A program made the position numbers and the translations under genes. Under the pieces are notes generated by a model. It searched no databases. It saw only the letters and a program-made list of their open reading frames with translations, and was not told the origin of the DNA. Of a stretch of 64,000 bases of DNA, positions 21,503 to 31,386 are shown piece after piece. The DNA is from a virus. Location: positions 1 to 64,000 of the IMG/VR virus record IMGVR_UViG_3300046170_000494, one strand, 5' to 3'. The stretch's first letter is position 1. The number at the start of each line of letters is the position of its first letter.

Positions 21503-22693
21503 ATGACAAAGAAATTGCAGACACTATACAAAATCGACACTAAAGGTAAATTGCGTGAATGGACTATGCACATTGATGGTGCATCATTCTATGCAGTCAA
21601 AGGTCTTGTAGACGGCAAGAAGACAACTGATAAGCCAACAACTACAATTGCCAAGAATGTAGGACGAGCAAACGCAACTACTCCACAAGAGCAAGCATTA
21701 TTGGAAGCCAAAGCCAAATTTCAAAAGAAATTAGATAGTGGATACGCACTTAATGAGATAGACGCACAGAAAAAAAAGTTCTATGAGCCTATGCTCGCAC
21801 ACAATTACAAAGATCGCAAAGATGAATTAGTGGGCAAGTATCCTGTTTTCTCGCAACCAAAACTCGATGGTATTCGTTGCATTGTACGCAAAGAGGATGG
21901 AGAACTCGTAGGACGCACTCGCAATGGCAAAGAGATAGAATGTATCCCTCATATCCTAAAAAGCTTAAATGGGTTCTTTCTCGCCTATCCAAACGCTATT
22001 CTCGATGGAGAACTATACAACCATGATCTGCGAGACAACTTTAACAAGATTACATCACTTGTTCGCAAGCAAAAACCAATCAAGTCAGATAAGATGACTG
22101 ATAAAGCATTTGATAAGAAAGTCGCAGAATACAAAGAAAGACTATCTGAAGCAGAAGATACAATACAATATCATGTATATGATGCACCAAGAATAAATGA
22201 TACAATAAATGAATCACAATCATTTGATTTTAGAACAGATGAATTAAAAGCACATCTAACACAAAACAAACATATTGTATTAGTTGAAACACTAGAAGTT
22301 TATTCAAAAGGAAATTTAGATGATTTATATGGTCAGTATCTTGAGCAAGGATACGAAGGTCAGATGGTTCGCAAATCATTATCTGCATACGAAAACAAGC
22401 GTAGCACATCTTTATTGAAAAGAAAAGAATTTGTAGATGCCGAATATAAAGTTATTGATATTGAAATCGGTAATGGTAATCGTAGTGGAACTGCAAAGCA
22501 TCTCGTATGTTATTGCGATAAGACCAAGCGTACATTTAATAGTAACATCAAAGGTTCATTTGATTACCTCAAGGAAATCTATGATAATCGTAAAGAATAT
22601 ATTGGTCAGTTAGCAACCATTAAATACTTTCAGCTTACTCCTGATGGAATTCCTCGTTTTCCTTATGCAATCGCTTTTCGTAACTACGAATAA
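21503..22693 (+). CDS. lig: ATP-dependent DNA ligase
   Basis: SQPKLDGIRC (motif I), LDGELY, YHVYD, GYEGQMVR, LLKRKEF, TPDGIPRFP; promoter TTGACA(21468)-17-TAAGAT. Confidence 0.93.
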   Translation: MTKKLQTLYKIDTKGKLREWTMHIDGASFYAVKGLVDGKKTTDKPTTTIAKNVGRANATTPQEQALLEAKAKFQKKLDSGYALNEIDAQKKKFYEPMLAHNYKDRKDELVGKYPVFSQPKLDGIRCIVRKEDGELVGRTRNGKEIECIPHILKSLNGFFLAYPNAILDGELYNHDLRDNFNKITSLVRKQKPIKSDKMTDKAFDKKVAEYKERLSEAEDTIQYHVYDAPRINDTINESQSFDFRTDELKAHLTQNKHIVLVETLEVYSKGNLDDLYGQYLEQGYEGQMVRKSLSAYENKRSTSLLKRKEFVDAEYKVIDIEIGNGNRSGTAKHLVCYCDKTKRTFNSNIKGSFDYLKEIYDNRKEYIGQLATIKYFQLTPDGIPRFPYAIAFRNYE

Positions 22694-22894
22694 TTTTATA
22701 TGAAATTTTTTATAATAACTTCATTAGTTGTAATGTTACAAGGTTGCAGTAAGAGGAGCGAGATACTTCACGGCAAGATTTGTCCATTCTGTTTTGCGGA
22801 TAATCCTTCATGGAGAAGAGACTTTTGCGGAACTTGCCTTACTTGGGATAGAGATATACTAATAGATAATAATACATTAGCACAACATTAAAAC

Positions 22895-23220
22895 ATAATG
22901 CAATCAATATACTCTATTACATATACAATATACATATAAACATATATAGATAAACATATATTACATATTATACTATATATCATATCAATAAATAAATTAA
23001 ATTTAAAATAATATTAAAAAATATTGAATTATATAAGGGAATGATGGTGGAGAGAAGTGGGTCAAAATGGGTCATTAGGGAGTACGCGACTTAAATATAT
23101 AATTTTATTTGTATAATTAATTCTTGTAAACAAAAAGAAAAAGCCTAAACCAAAAAGAAAAAACACTTAATAATATAATATAATTTGTATAGTAAAAGTA
23201 AAAACAATAAAAATAAAATA
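22895..23220. other. AT-rich non-coding gap with ACATAT repeats and a G-tract island (origin-like)
   Basis: Five ACATAT copies in 22919-22968; near-pure A/T flanks; four GGG tracts in 23037-23080. Confidence 0.4.
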
Positions 23221-23656
23221 ATGAAAATTTTAATTCAAATAATATTAAATACAAGGCGACAATTACAAAAAATATTTTATCAAATAAAACGCATATTAAG
23301 GTTAATTATACAAAATAAATCATCAAATAAAGCCGAGTTAGAAAAAGTCGGTCGAAATTCTCACGGATTTCCAACTATTTTGAAATAATTCTAATCTAAG
23401 TCATTTATTTACAATAATTTACAATATAATTATATTTATTCTTGACAATTCTCAACCCTTGTATTATAGTATGTAGCATATTATGAATGAAAACGAATCA
23501 AAACCTAAGTACGATATACCTGCTCCACCGCCTTTAACGGACGAGATGAAGATAGATGTGTTTAAAAGCATTATAGCTAATCCACCGAATGAAGAAATAA
23601 AGAAAGTAGCAGAGAAAGAACTCGCTAATTTAACAAAAAATAATAAATAATTAAAT

Positions 23657-25004
23657 ATGGAAGATCAATTGCAAAAGATAAGTGGCGAAATATGTAGTAT
23701 ATTTAATAATAAGATAGAATCACTAACAGAAAAACAAGCAGAGCATTTAAATTTATGCAATAATAGTATGAATTTTTATATACAATTATATGATCATGAT
23801 AAAGCATTATGGAATGCCCGCGAAACACTTAAATATTTAAAACAAATAACACAAAATGGATGATTTAGACCCACAAGCAATAAGAATGTTAGAGTTGAGC
23901 GAGTTAATTGTAAATAAAATTTCATTAAATATAAGTAATTTTGATAATGAACAAATAAGTAAGTTAGAAACAATGCAAGAGACATTAGATTTTCATCTTG
24001 AGCAAGACAATATAGATAATGCAGTTAATGAAGCAGAACATTTAAACACTTACCTTGAAGAAATATGCACATCAGAAGAGAAATAGATAATTTGCTCGAT
24101 GAAATGAGCGAAATAATAGTAAAAAATAAAAAATCAAATAAAGATAAAAGTCAATTACAAGAAATAAAAGATAAAATAAGCCGCAAAACAAACAACGGCA
24201 AATATGCGAAGGGTATGTGGACTGACTCACCTGAATTTAATTATATAAAAATATGAAGCAAATAAACTATCGAAAGCACGGCATCGGCAAGAAAAAGTTA
24301 GGCAAAGGTCTCCGAGGATATAAGGGTGGAACAGGTATTCCAACAGGGGCATTTGGAGGAAAATCAAAATTTCTCAAAAAAAAGCTTGACTCTGAGTCGT
24401 AGTATGTCATAATAGAGTACATCAACCATTAATTGCGAAAGGAAAAAACTATGAGTATTGCAAAAAACGCTAGAGCATCACAAGTCATGAGTGACATTAA
24501 GAACGGCAAACACACACCTGTTAATCAACAAGGGAAGTTTGCGAATTACGGATCAGTTGCCGAAGATAGTATCTATTATTCTACTATGTTGGCACAAAAA
24601 GCAGACGCTGAACGCTTGGCGAGAATCGAGCGTAGTAAAGCAAGACTAGGCAGAAGATCATTTTTTGCATGATAAAAGATGCAATAATAAATAATACTAT
24701 ACTTAATACAATAAATTATTAAATACAATAGTAATTTGCATGATAAAACAAGCTAAATAATATGATTGAATCACTATCTCCTAATGTATCAATGTTTGCG
24801 ACAGAGCAAGAGCTTCGTAATGAGTTAACTACAAAAGAATATGTTTATGTTAAACTCGCGAAGTTAGATGAGCATATTACTGATCTTCTTCACATGACCG
24901 AAAAAACTAATGGAGAACTTAGTATGACTGCATCAAGCAAATACAATTACATCAAATCAATACAAGAAGACTTATTAAGAGTAAACAGAAATAATTGCAC
25001 ATGA
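23657..25004 (+). CDS. cluster of small hypothetical genes
   Basis: 23657-23863 and 23856-24086 look like tandem paralogues; also 24065-24256, 24253-24402 (Gly/Lys-rich), 24451-24672, 24762-25004. Confidence 0.55.
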
Positions 25005-25169
25005 AAATTAATATTTTTCAACAACCGCACGAATGGACTAACGAAGAGATCGAACACCTCTACGATACAAATTGGAACATCACATTAGAACAATTATCTC
25101 TACTAACAAACAAAACAATAGAAGAATTAAAAAATTTATTATTACCTGATTAAAAAAATAAAAAAACTC

Positions 25170-25198
25170 TTGACAAATAATCAAATATAGAGTATAAT
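25170..25198 (+). promoter_or_regulatory. consensus sigma70 promoter
   Basis: Perfect TTGACA-17-TATAAT with no ORF downstream before the terminator. Confidence 0.85.
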
Positions 25199-25204
25199 AA
25201 GGGC

Positions 25205-25604
25205 ATAACAAATTGAGAAACAAACTCAAATAAATCAAATAATCGATCTTTTACATTTTAAAAACAAGTTGGAGTTCACAATCTCATTCTGTTAAGTCAG
25301 AGTTCACTCGATCATTTCAATTTGTTTTGACTTTGGATGTTCTCGACGGAGACATCCTGTGGGTGACTGAATAAGCTCGTCGTGAGCGAGCTAAGGTACG
25401 CGATTCTCTGTGGTAGAGTGCTGATGGGCAAATGTCTGAGGCAGGACAATCACCAATGTCTAATCGTTGTAGGAAGTAGGTAAACACGAAACTGATGTTC
25501 ACGCCGAAAACTTGAGGGTATACAGGAATCCCTCCCCACTTCAATTTCTTAATCATATCCCTCCAACCCTATCCAAGTAACCCTACTTGGGTAGGGTTTT
25601 TTTT
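25205..25604 (+). ncRNA. structured ncRNA, resembling the manA RNA motif
   Basis: Own promoter and terminator, GC-rich, no + strand ORF. Hairpins GGATGT/ACATCC, AGCTCG/CGAGCT, GAGGG/CCCTC. Segments GACTGAATAA, TAAGGT and GGTATACAGGAATCC match my recollection of manA RNAs (not verified). Confidence 0.6.
25565..25604 (+). terminator. intrinsic terminator
   Basis: 15-bp stem AACCCTATCCAAGTA/TACTTGGGTAGGGTT followed by a T run. Confidence 0.9.
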
Positions 25605-25643
25605 GGGGTTGACAAAGCGATCGATATCATTCATACTAGTATC

Positions 25644-25898
25644 ATGAAGACAATTAAAGACATACTTGCTAACTACGGGTACATTAACCAGGCTCAACTC
25701 GCAGAGATTAACGAGCACTTTCCTCACATGAGGGTAGTAATTAAATGGGGCGGATTGCCTCGCGATCGGGTACCTGCTCATCAAGCGGTGAAACTCATTA
25801 ACCATATTGAATCAAAAAACATCGACTACTGCAGAGAAGTATTTCTTTGTGGTAAAGATTGCGACAATCTTCGCAAAGCATTTCACATTGCACAATAA
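25644..25898 (+). CDS. hypothetical protein
   Basis: ATG 6 nt after CATACT of the promoter starting TTGACA at 25609. Confidence 0.6.
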   Translation: MKTIKDILANYGYINQAQLAEINEHFPHMRVVIKWGGLPRDRVPAHQAVKLINHIESKNIDYCREVFLCGKDCDNLRKAFHIAQ

Positions 25899-25916
25899 CC
25901 ATAAACAAAAATTATT

Positions 25917-26495
25917 ATGATTAATCCAGCAGAAGTAACAAACTACAATAGAACACAATACGAATTAGAAGAATTTATTTTATTTTGTATTAATGTCGCA
26001 GGTAAAAAATCTGCAATAGAAGCTCCTAAATTAGAAGTATTCATAGAGAGAGCAAAAAACATTACAGAAGAAAGTACTCCATTTAATTGTATTAAAAAAT
26101 TAATTAAGTTGGGTAGATTGAATGAGATTATGCATTGGGCCAAGCTTAGTCCTTACGCCCAGAGATACAACTCCTATGTCGCTGTAGCTAAGATCAAAGG
26201 CCTTCAGACCGTGACGCTTAATCGTTTACTTCAGATTCCGGGTATTGGTCTTAAAACCGCAAGGTTTTTCTTGTCGCATTCCAGAGAAGATTTCGACGAA
26301 CCTATGCTGGACACACATATTCTACGGTTCCTTCGCGACCAAGGATACAGTGACGCCCCGAAAAGCACGCCAACTAATGAGAACACTTACTATTATTTCG
26401 CGAACATCTTTAAAAACATTGCCCGACAGTTAGGGAAATCAGTTACTGATCTTGATCTTGAAATCTGGAAACAGTATTCTGGCACAGCTGCGTAA
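25917..26495 (+). CDS. 8-oxoguanine DNA glycosylase-like (Ogg, HhH-GPD)
   Basis: LLQIPGIGLKTARFFL (HhH with catalytic Lys), LDTHILRFL, DLDLEIW. Confidence 0.78.
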   Translation: MINPAEVTNYNRTQYELEEFILFCINVAGKKSAIEAPKLEVFIERAKNITEESTPFNCIKKLIKLGRLNEIMHWAKLSPYAQRYNSYVAVAKIKGLQTVTLNRLLQIPGIGLKTARFFLSHSREDFDEPMLDTHILRFLRDQGYSDAPKSTPTNENTYYYFANIFKNIARQLGKSVTDLDLEIWKQYSGTAA

Positions 26496-26572
26496 TGGAG
26501 TTAACAATACTACTAACCATTTCGTTTGTAATAGGCATGTTCAGAGGATATTTCGATGGGCGCGATGATTGA
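26495..26572 (+). CDS. 25-aa transmembrane micropeptide
   Basis: MELTILLTISFVIGMFRGYFDGRDD; paralogue at 33140-33214. Confidence 0.55.
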   Translation: MELTILLTISFVIGMFRGYFDGRDD

Positions 26573-26710
26573 TCCAAATATGAAAGACAAATACCCAAAT
26601 ACTAAATAATGAAAATTGCAATAGTAAATAATACAAATAATAAACTAAATAATAAAAAATTTGTGAAATTAGAATAAAAAGAATAAGTAATTAAAAAAAT
26701 TATTTTGTGC

Positions 26711-26767
26711 AGTCAGCCCCCCCCTGAGAGGATAAGTCACAAACTTAGTTGAATATTAGCCTTGACT
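26711..26767 (+). repeat. GC-box promoter module A
   Basis: C8 run, GATAAGTCA, TAGTTGAA, then TTGACT-16-CATACT. Confidence 0.7.
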
Positions 26768-26795
26768 TTGTGTAAAAAAATGTCATACTAAAGCT

Positions 26796-28429
26796 ATGAT
26801 TAAGACAAAGCCTCACGACAAAAAGTATGAGATTAATTTTAATCAACCTGTCTACGCTTACAAAAACCTACACAAAGATTGTTGGAGTATTCGTCAAGAT
26901 GGATTGGTTAAAGCTCACACCAAAGAACTTTCCATGCATAGTTGCGTGTTTAAAGTCAGTAAGCATGGAAGAGCAAGAGTGTTAAAAGAAAAACGCAAAA
27001 ATGTTCATGCAGGTATTGAAGGTTACATTGAACCTTGGTTTGTTGGTAAATGGATTGACTCGCATCCAACAGCAAGACCCGTTACTTACAATCCATACAA
27101 GTATGAGAATTTTGTTGACAAAGACACCGAGCAAATGGTAGACTATGCTATTGCCGTAAGATTAGAACCCAAACAAGTATTAGCAGTATTATGACGCAAG
27201 CAAAAATTAGAGAAGAAATTCTAAGCATAGTTCGAGGAGAACTTGCATGGGCAGATCCAATGTCTAAAGTATGCTTAGATCAGCATGAATTGCATCCAAA
27301 AAAGTTTCCGATTGGCTCAACTTTTCAATCAGCCGAAGAAGTCTTAGACGACATAATTCATGGCTTGACATCTTTACGAGATGAGATTAGAATAGAATCT
27401 TCATTTCAATCCGCACAACTCTAACAAAAGGAAAATCATGGGATTAGACCAAGAAGCATACTCACGAGGCAAAGAAGATCAAAGTTCTTTCTCTCATTAT
27501 TGGCGAAAGCATAATCGTCTCCAAGGATGGATGGAAAACCTTTGGGAAGAAAAAGGTAGACCAAATTCTCGCACAGAAAATGATCCAATGGGAGACTTTA
27601 ATTGTGTTGAGCTAGAATTAACAAGAGAAGACATTGATTTGCTAGAGGAAGCAGTAAATGATTTTGCATTACCTGAAACACAAGGATTTTTCTTTGGAGA
27701 TGATTCTTACTTCTACAAAGATGACAATGGAGAATCTCTTCCTGAGAACGATTACTACCACAAAGAGCAAGATTTGCAATTCATCGAAGATGCAAAAAAA
27801 GCTCTTGACAAAGGTGAGAAAGTTTACTATTCTAGTTGGTATTGATTATGGAAGAACTACAAAACACAATTAACGATCTGCAAGCTAGACTAGCAATAGT
27901 TGGCGGAGGCAGGATCATTATTACTAGCGACCATGTTTCGATTCGTCTCGGAAGAGAACATGAATACTTTGAGGTTCAAGAACAAAGTTCTTTTGACTCG
28001 CCAAACGAAGTCGATGTGGAAATGCACAAACAAATGTACAATTACTAAAATGGAAAACGAAAATTACATTAATGCGGTTTGCGAAGGCGAGCCATTAGAA
28101 ACGCCATCCTACAATCAGGATTCAGAAACTTGGAGTTTATGGTTTGAGGAATCAGAAACCCCTTACCATCCATATTTTCAAAAGGATTTAATCGAGGTTC
28201 ATTTTGAATCTCAAGCGGAAGCAGAGAGTGCTTACAACCATTATTCACAAATTAACCAAGGTTAATCATGTCGAATTCAGCTCAATCATTGCAGAAGAAA
28301 GTTCGTGAAATAGGTTTTAATTTAGCTATGATCGAAAAGCGTGGGCTTCGGGGCAAGGATCATCTTGCTCGCAGGCTTGCACACAATCTCTTGCTTAATC
28401 AGCTTTACGAGTTAGAGAAAAAGGTTTAG
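26796..28429 (+). CDS. cassette A: six small genes
   Basis: 26796-27194 (conserved YKNLHK..WS..RKNVHA family), 27191-27424, 27438-27845 (conserved MGLDQ..YWRKHN..FFFG..YYSSW family), 27836-28048, 28050-28265, 28268-28429. Confidence 0.65.
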
Positions 28430-28436
28430 TAGGTTT

Positions 28437-28465
28437 GGGTTCGGTGGGTTAATCCTGCCGAACCC
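28437..28465 (+). terminator. hairpin, probable terminator
   Basis: 12-bp stem GGGTTCGGTGGG/CCTGCCGAACCC followed by TTCTACTTT. Confidence 0.65.
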
Positions 28466-28490
28466 TTCTACTTTATTGCACAATTTTACT

Positions 28491-28556
28491 CAGGCCCCCC
28501 CGCAAAAGAATAAGTCAATTATTTAGTAGAATGTTTTTTGCATTTGGGGGTTGACA
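28491..28556 (+). repeat. GC-box promoter module B
   Basis: GGC7, GAATAAGTCA, TAGTAGAA, then TTGACA-16-CATACT. Confidence 0.7.
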
Positions 28557-28721
28557 ATACCGGATTTTCTGTCATACTAGTAAACATAAAGGCGATAATC
28601 ACAAACAAAAAAAATTAGTCGAAACAAAAAAAACTTAATTGAAGAAAAAAAAGCTTGACAGATTAGACCAAATTTAGTACAATTAACTCATCAAAGACAA
28701 TAACTCACAAAGCTAAAAATT

Positions 28722-29474
28722 ATGACAAATCGAATTAACCTCAAAGTATGTGCAACCAAAGAATCCTCTTTCAAAGATGTTCAGGCAGTTCAAACTCCTG
28801 AAGCAACTGATTCATGGAGACCAATTAGCCACTCATTCTTAGTTGACCGAGTGCAAAACCAAATGGAACAAAATGGTTGGGAAATCGTTGACACTTACCA
28901 TTCTCTTCATCGTTTCGGTCAACGCTACTTCGGACTTTTTCATGTTAAGAATACAGGAGTTGACAACGATGAGCGTGGCACAATCGTTGGGCTTCGCAAC
29001 TCTCACGACAAATGCTTTCCCGCAGGACTTTGCATGGGTAACGCTCCATTTGTTTGTTCAAACTTGATTTTTACCAATGAAGTTGTTCTTGCTCGTAGGC
29101 ATACTAAGAACATCTTGAACGATCTTTCACAAGTAATCGCTCGCACTCTTGGCAAGATGACTGAGACATGGGCAAGTGATGAGCAACGCATTCAAGCTTA
29201 CAAGGAGCATGAACTTGGCAACGAGCAAGCACATGATCTTGTCATCCGTGCATACCAAAACGGAGCAATTCCAAAAGCAAAGATTGCTGATGTTGTTGAG
29301 CAATGGCACAAGCCTGAACATGATGACTTTTCACCTCGCACCATGCACTCATTGTACAATGGATTCACTCACATTCTAAAGGGTGGAATTACCGCCTTGC
29401 CAAATCGTTCACTTGCATTGCATGGTGTTCTTGACTCGGAAGTCGGTTTGACTTCTCAAGTTGCAGTTTCTTAA
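28722..29474 (+). CDS. DUF932 family protein
   Basis: WRPISH...VGLRNSHDK...FVCSNLIF...RRHTKN pattern. Confidence 0.78.
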   Translation: MTNRINLKVCATKESSFKDVQAVQTPEATDSWRPISHSFLVDRVQNQMEQNGWEIVDTYHSLHRFGQRYFGLFHVKNTGVDNDERGTIVGLRNSHDKCFPAGLCMGNAPFVCSNLIFTNEVVLARRHTKNILNDLSQVIARTLGKMTETWASDEQRIQAYKEHELGNEQAHDLVIRAYQNGAIPKAKIADVVEQWHKPEHDDFSPRTMHSLYNGFTHILKGGITALPNRSLALHGVLDSEVGLTSQVAVS

Positions 29475-29518
29475 TCATAACCTAACCTAATCTAAAAATC
29501 ATTAAAACTAATAATACT

Positions 29519-29749
29519 ATGAAAAAACAGCCAAAACTACAAAATGTCGTTGATTCTCTCAAAGGTCGTTTCACTTCTCTTCTTGTCAAGAGAGGCGAGC
29601 AAAGAAGGGTGTATTCCGCCAAAATCACAGGAGTGACTTCTCGTCATGTGATGTTCAAGGATACCAACGGAGGCAATCGTCGAGTCAATCGTCGTCATGT
29701 GCTTCGAGCCACTTGTGCTGACAAAACTTTTAAGAGGTCGGTGAGTTAG
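29519..29749 (+). CDS. small basic protein (SH3/WYL-like)
   Basis: GRFTSLLVKRGEQRRVYSAK; fold assignment is tentative. Confidence 0.5.
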   Translation: MKKQPKLQNVVDSLKGRFTSLLVKRGEQRRVYSAKITGVTSRHVMFKDTNGGNRRVNRRHVLRATCADKTFKRSVS

Positions 29750-29775
29750 TGATTCGCTCGTAAAGAGCAAAGATT

Positions 29776-29800
29776 AAGCCTCCCGAAAGGGAGGCTTTTT
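29776..29800 (+). terminator. intrinsic terminator
   Basis: AAGCCTCCC-GAAA-GGGAGGCTT followed by a T run. Confidence 0.92.
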
Positions 29801-29807
29801 CTTTTAT

Positions 29808-29881
29808 AAAGTTAACCTATTCAATCCGGGCCCCCCGGCAGTAGAATCGTGCAAAAACTTAGTTGAATTTTGGACTTGACT
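29808..29881 (+). repeat. GC-box promoter module C
   Basis: AAAGTTAACC..CCGGGCCCCCC..GAATCGTGCAA..TAGTTGAA..TTGACT. Confidence 0.85.
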
Positions 29882-29909
29882 TTAGGCAAGAATTTGTCAT
29901 AATGAAACC

Positions 29910-30650
29910 ATGATTAAGACAACAATTCTCACTCAAGGAAATGCAAAGATAGTCAAAGGCGAGGAGCTTGGCTATGTTACTAAAGGCATCCATTTTGCTC
30001 CTGCTAGTCTCTCAGGTAATGAGGTTTGCCAATGGCGAAGCAAAGGTTGCACTGCTTCTTGTCTCAACACTGCTGGTCGTGGGCAAATGAACTCAATTCA
30101 GGCATCAAGAGTAGCAAAGACAAAACTATTTTTTGACAAGAAAAAAGAATTCATGTACAAGTTGTGCAAAGAAATTGCTTCTTCAATCAAGACTTCAACC
30201 AAGAAAGGAATGAAATCAGTTTTCCGTCTCAATCTAACTAGCGACATTGCTTGGGAGGATGTTTACATGAAAGACCCAGATTACAACATCTTTGAATACT
30301 TCTGTGGAGAACAATTCTACGATTACACAAAGTCATTCAAGAGAATGTGTGCTTTTCTTGGTAAACCTTTTACTAAAGATGAACAAAAATTTCCATCTAA
30401 TTACCATCTAACTTTTTCTCGCTCAGAAAACAATGACAAGAAGTGTGAAATGGTTCTTGCTATGGGTGGTAATGTTGCCGTTGTGTTTCGCAACCAACTT
30501 CCACAAACTTGGAAAGGTTACGAAGTTGTCAATGGTGACGAAAACGATTTGCGTTTTCTCGACAAGCAAGGTGTTGTTGTTGGCTTAATCGAGAAAGGTT
30601 TGGCAAAGAAAGATGAAACAGGATTCGTGCAAGAAGGAGTAAACTCATAA
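29910..30650 (+). CDS. Gp88-like protein
   Basis: CQWRSKGCTASCL, FRLNLTSDI, QFYDYTK, YHLTFSRSE, GDENDLRFLD. Confidence 0.82.
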   Translation: MIKTTILTQGNAKIVKGEELGYVTKGIHFAPASLSGNEVCQWRSKGCTASCLNTAGRGQMNSIQASRVAKTKLFFDKKKEFMYKLCKEIASSIKTSTKKGMKSVFRLNLTSDIAWEDVYMKDPDYNIFEYFCGEQFYDYTKSFKRMCAFLGKPFTKDEQKFPSNYHLTFSRSENNDKKCEMVLAMGGNVAVVFRNQLPQTWKGYEVVNGDENDLRFLDKQGVVVGLIEKGLAKKDETGFVQEGVNS

Positions 30651-30841
30651 TGAAACCAAAAACTTATTCAGTTAGACAACATCATTTACGAAAAAACAAA
30701 ACTTTTTTCATTATTGATTATCGAGTTAATGAAAGAGTAGAAAAGCAAATTCAATTCACTTATCTTGAGCATTACTTACAATTCACTGATTTATTAAAGC
30801 AATTAGACTACAAAGAAGTATTGACAAAACAACTCAACTAA
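30650..30841 (+). CDS. hypothetical protein
   Basis: Start coupled to the Gp88 stop. Confidence 0.5.
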   Translation: MKPKTYSVRQHHLRKNKTFFIIDYRVNERVEKQIQFTYLEHYLQFTDLLKQLDYKEVLTKQLN

Positions 30842-31021
30842 ACTATTATTGTAACATGAATGATACTTATTACGACTCAGCCGAAGAAATTAAACTCTCA
30901 CAAAGTGAAGCCTTTAATGTGCTTGCTCAACATGGTTGCCAAGAGCTTGATGAATTTTTTCAAGACATGGGCGACAAAGAAGAGTATGATGCACAAAAAG
31001 TATTGGAATGGTTAGGCTACT

Positions 31022-31097
31022 AAAAAGTTAACCGATCCTGCCACGGGGGCCCCGCGATAGAATCGTGCAAAAACTTAGTAGAATATTAGTCTTGACT
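31022..31097 (+). repeat. GC-box promoter module D
   Basis: AAAAAGTTAACCGATCC..GGGGGCCCC..GAATCGTGCAA..TAGTAGAA..TTGACT. Confidence 0.85.
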
Positions 31098-31126
31098 TCG
31101 CTAGAGGTTCTGTCATAATGATACTT

Positions 31127-31227
31127 ACCGACACGATTTAACCAAGCTGCAAATTGGTGGTAATGAAGAGAAGCATGATTGCAGTCACCGCTCCACTCTT
31201 GAGGGTTCAATTCCCTCCGTGTTCGGT
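31127..31227 (+). ncRNA. tRNA-like RNA (T arm plus acceptor-like stem, non-canonical body)
   Basis: GAGGG-TTCAATT-CCCTC T arm; 5' ACCGACACG pairs with 3' CGTGTTCGGT; starts at the TSS of the module D promoter. Confidence 0.55.
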
Positions 31228-31272
31228 ATGATTTTTTCTTGACTTTCACCATTAATCTGTCACAATTAAACT

Positions 31273-31386
31273 ATGATTAAGATTAGAAAAACCATTCTCT
31301 TCACCAAGTCTAGACCTCACAAGCTTAAGACTAAAGTGATTCATCGTAAACTCAAACACAAGGAGATTTTAAAAAATGTTCATTAA
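31273..31386 (+). CDS. 37-aa basic peptide, ArfA-like pattern
   Basis: MIKIRKTILFTKSRPHKLKTKVIHRKLKHKEILKNVH; own promoter TTGACT(31239)-16-CACAAT. Confidence 0.5.
   Translation: MIKIRKTILFTKSRPHKLKTKVIHRKLKHKEILKNVH

Noticed and set aside
25317-25556. Minus-strand 79-aa ORF over the ncRNA
   Set aside because: It starts ATGATTAAG like real genes, but has no upstream promoter, lies antisense to a promoter-terminator unit and has atypical composition.
25205-25604. tmRNA, RNase P RNA or group I intron identity for the long ncRNA
   Set aside because: There are no tRNA-like 5'/3' ends with CCA, no RNase P P4 signature, and no interrupted flanking gene.
31127-31227. Functional canonical tRNA (Cys or Sec)
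   Set aside because: There is no D arm, the anticodon-like loop has 8 nt, the first acceptor pair is mismatched, and there is no TCA anticodon.
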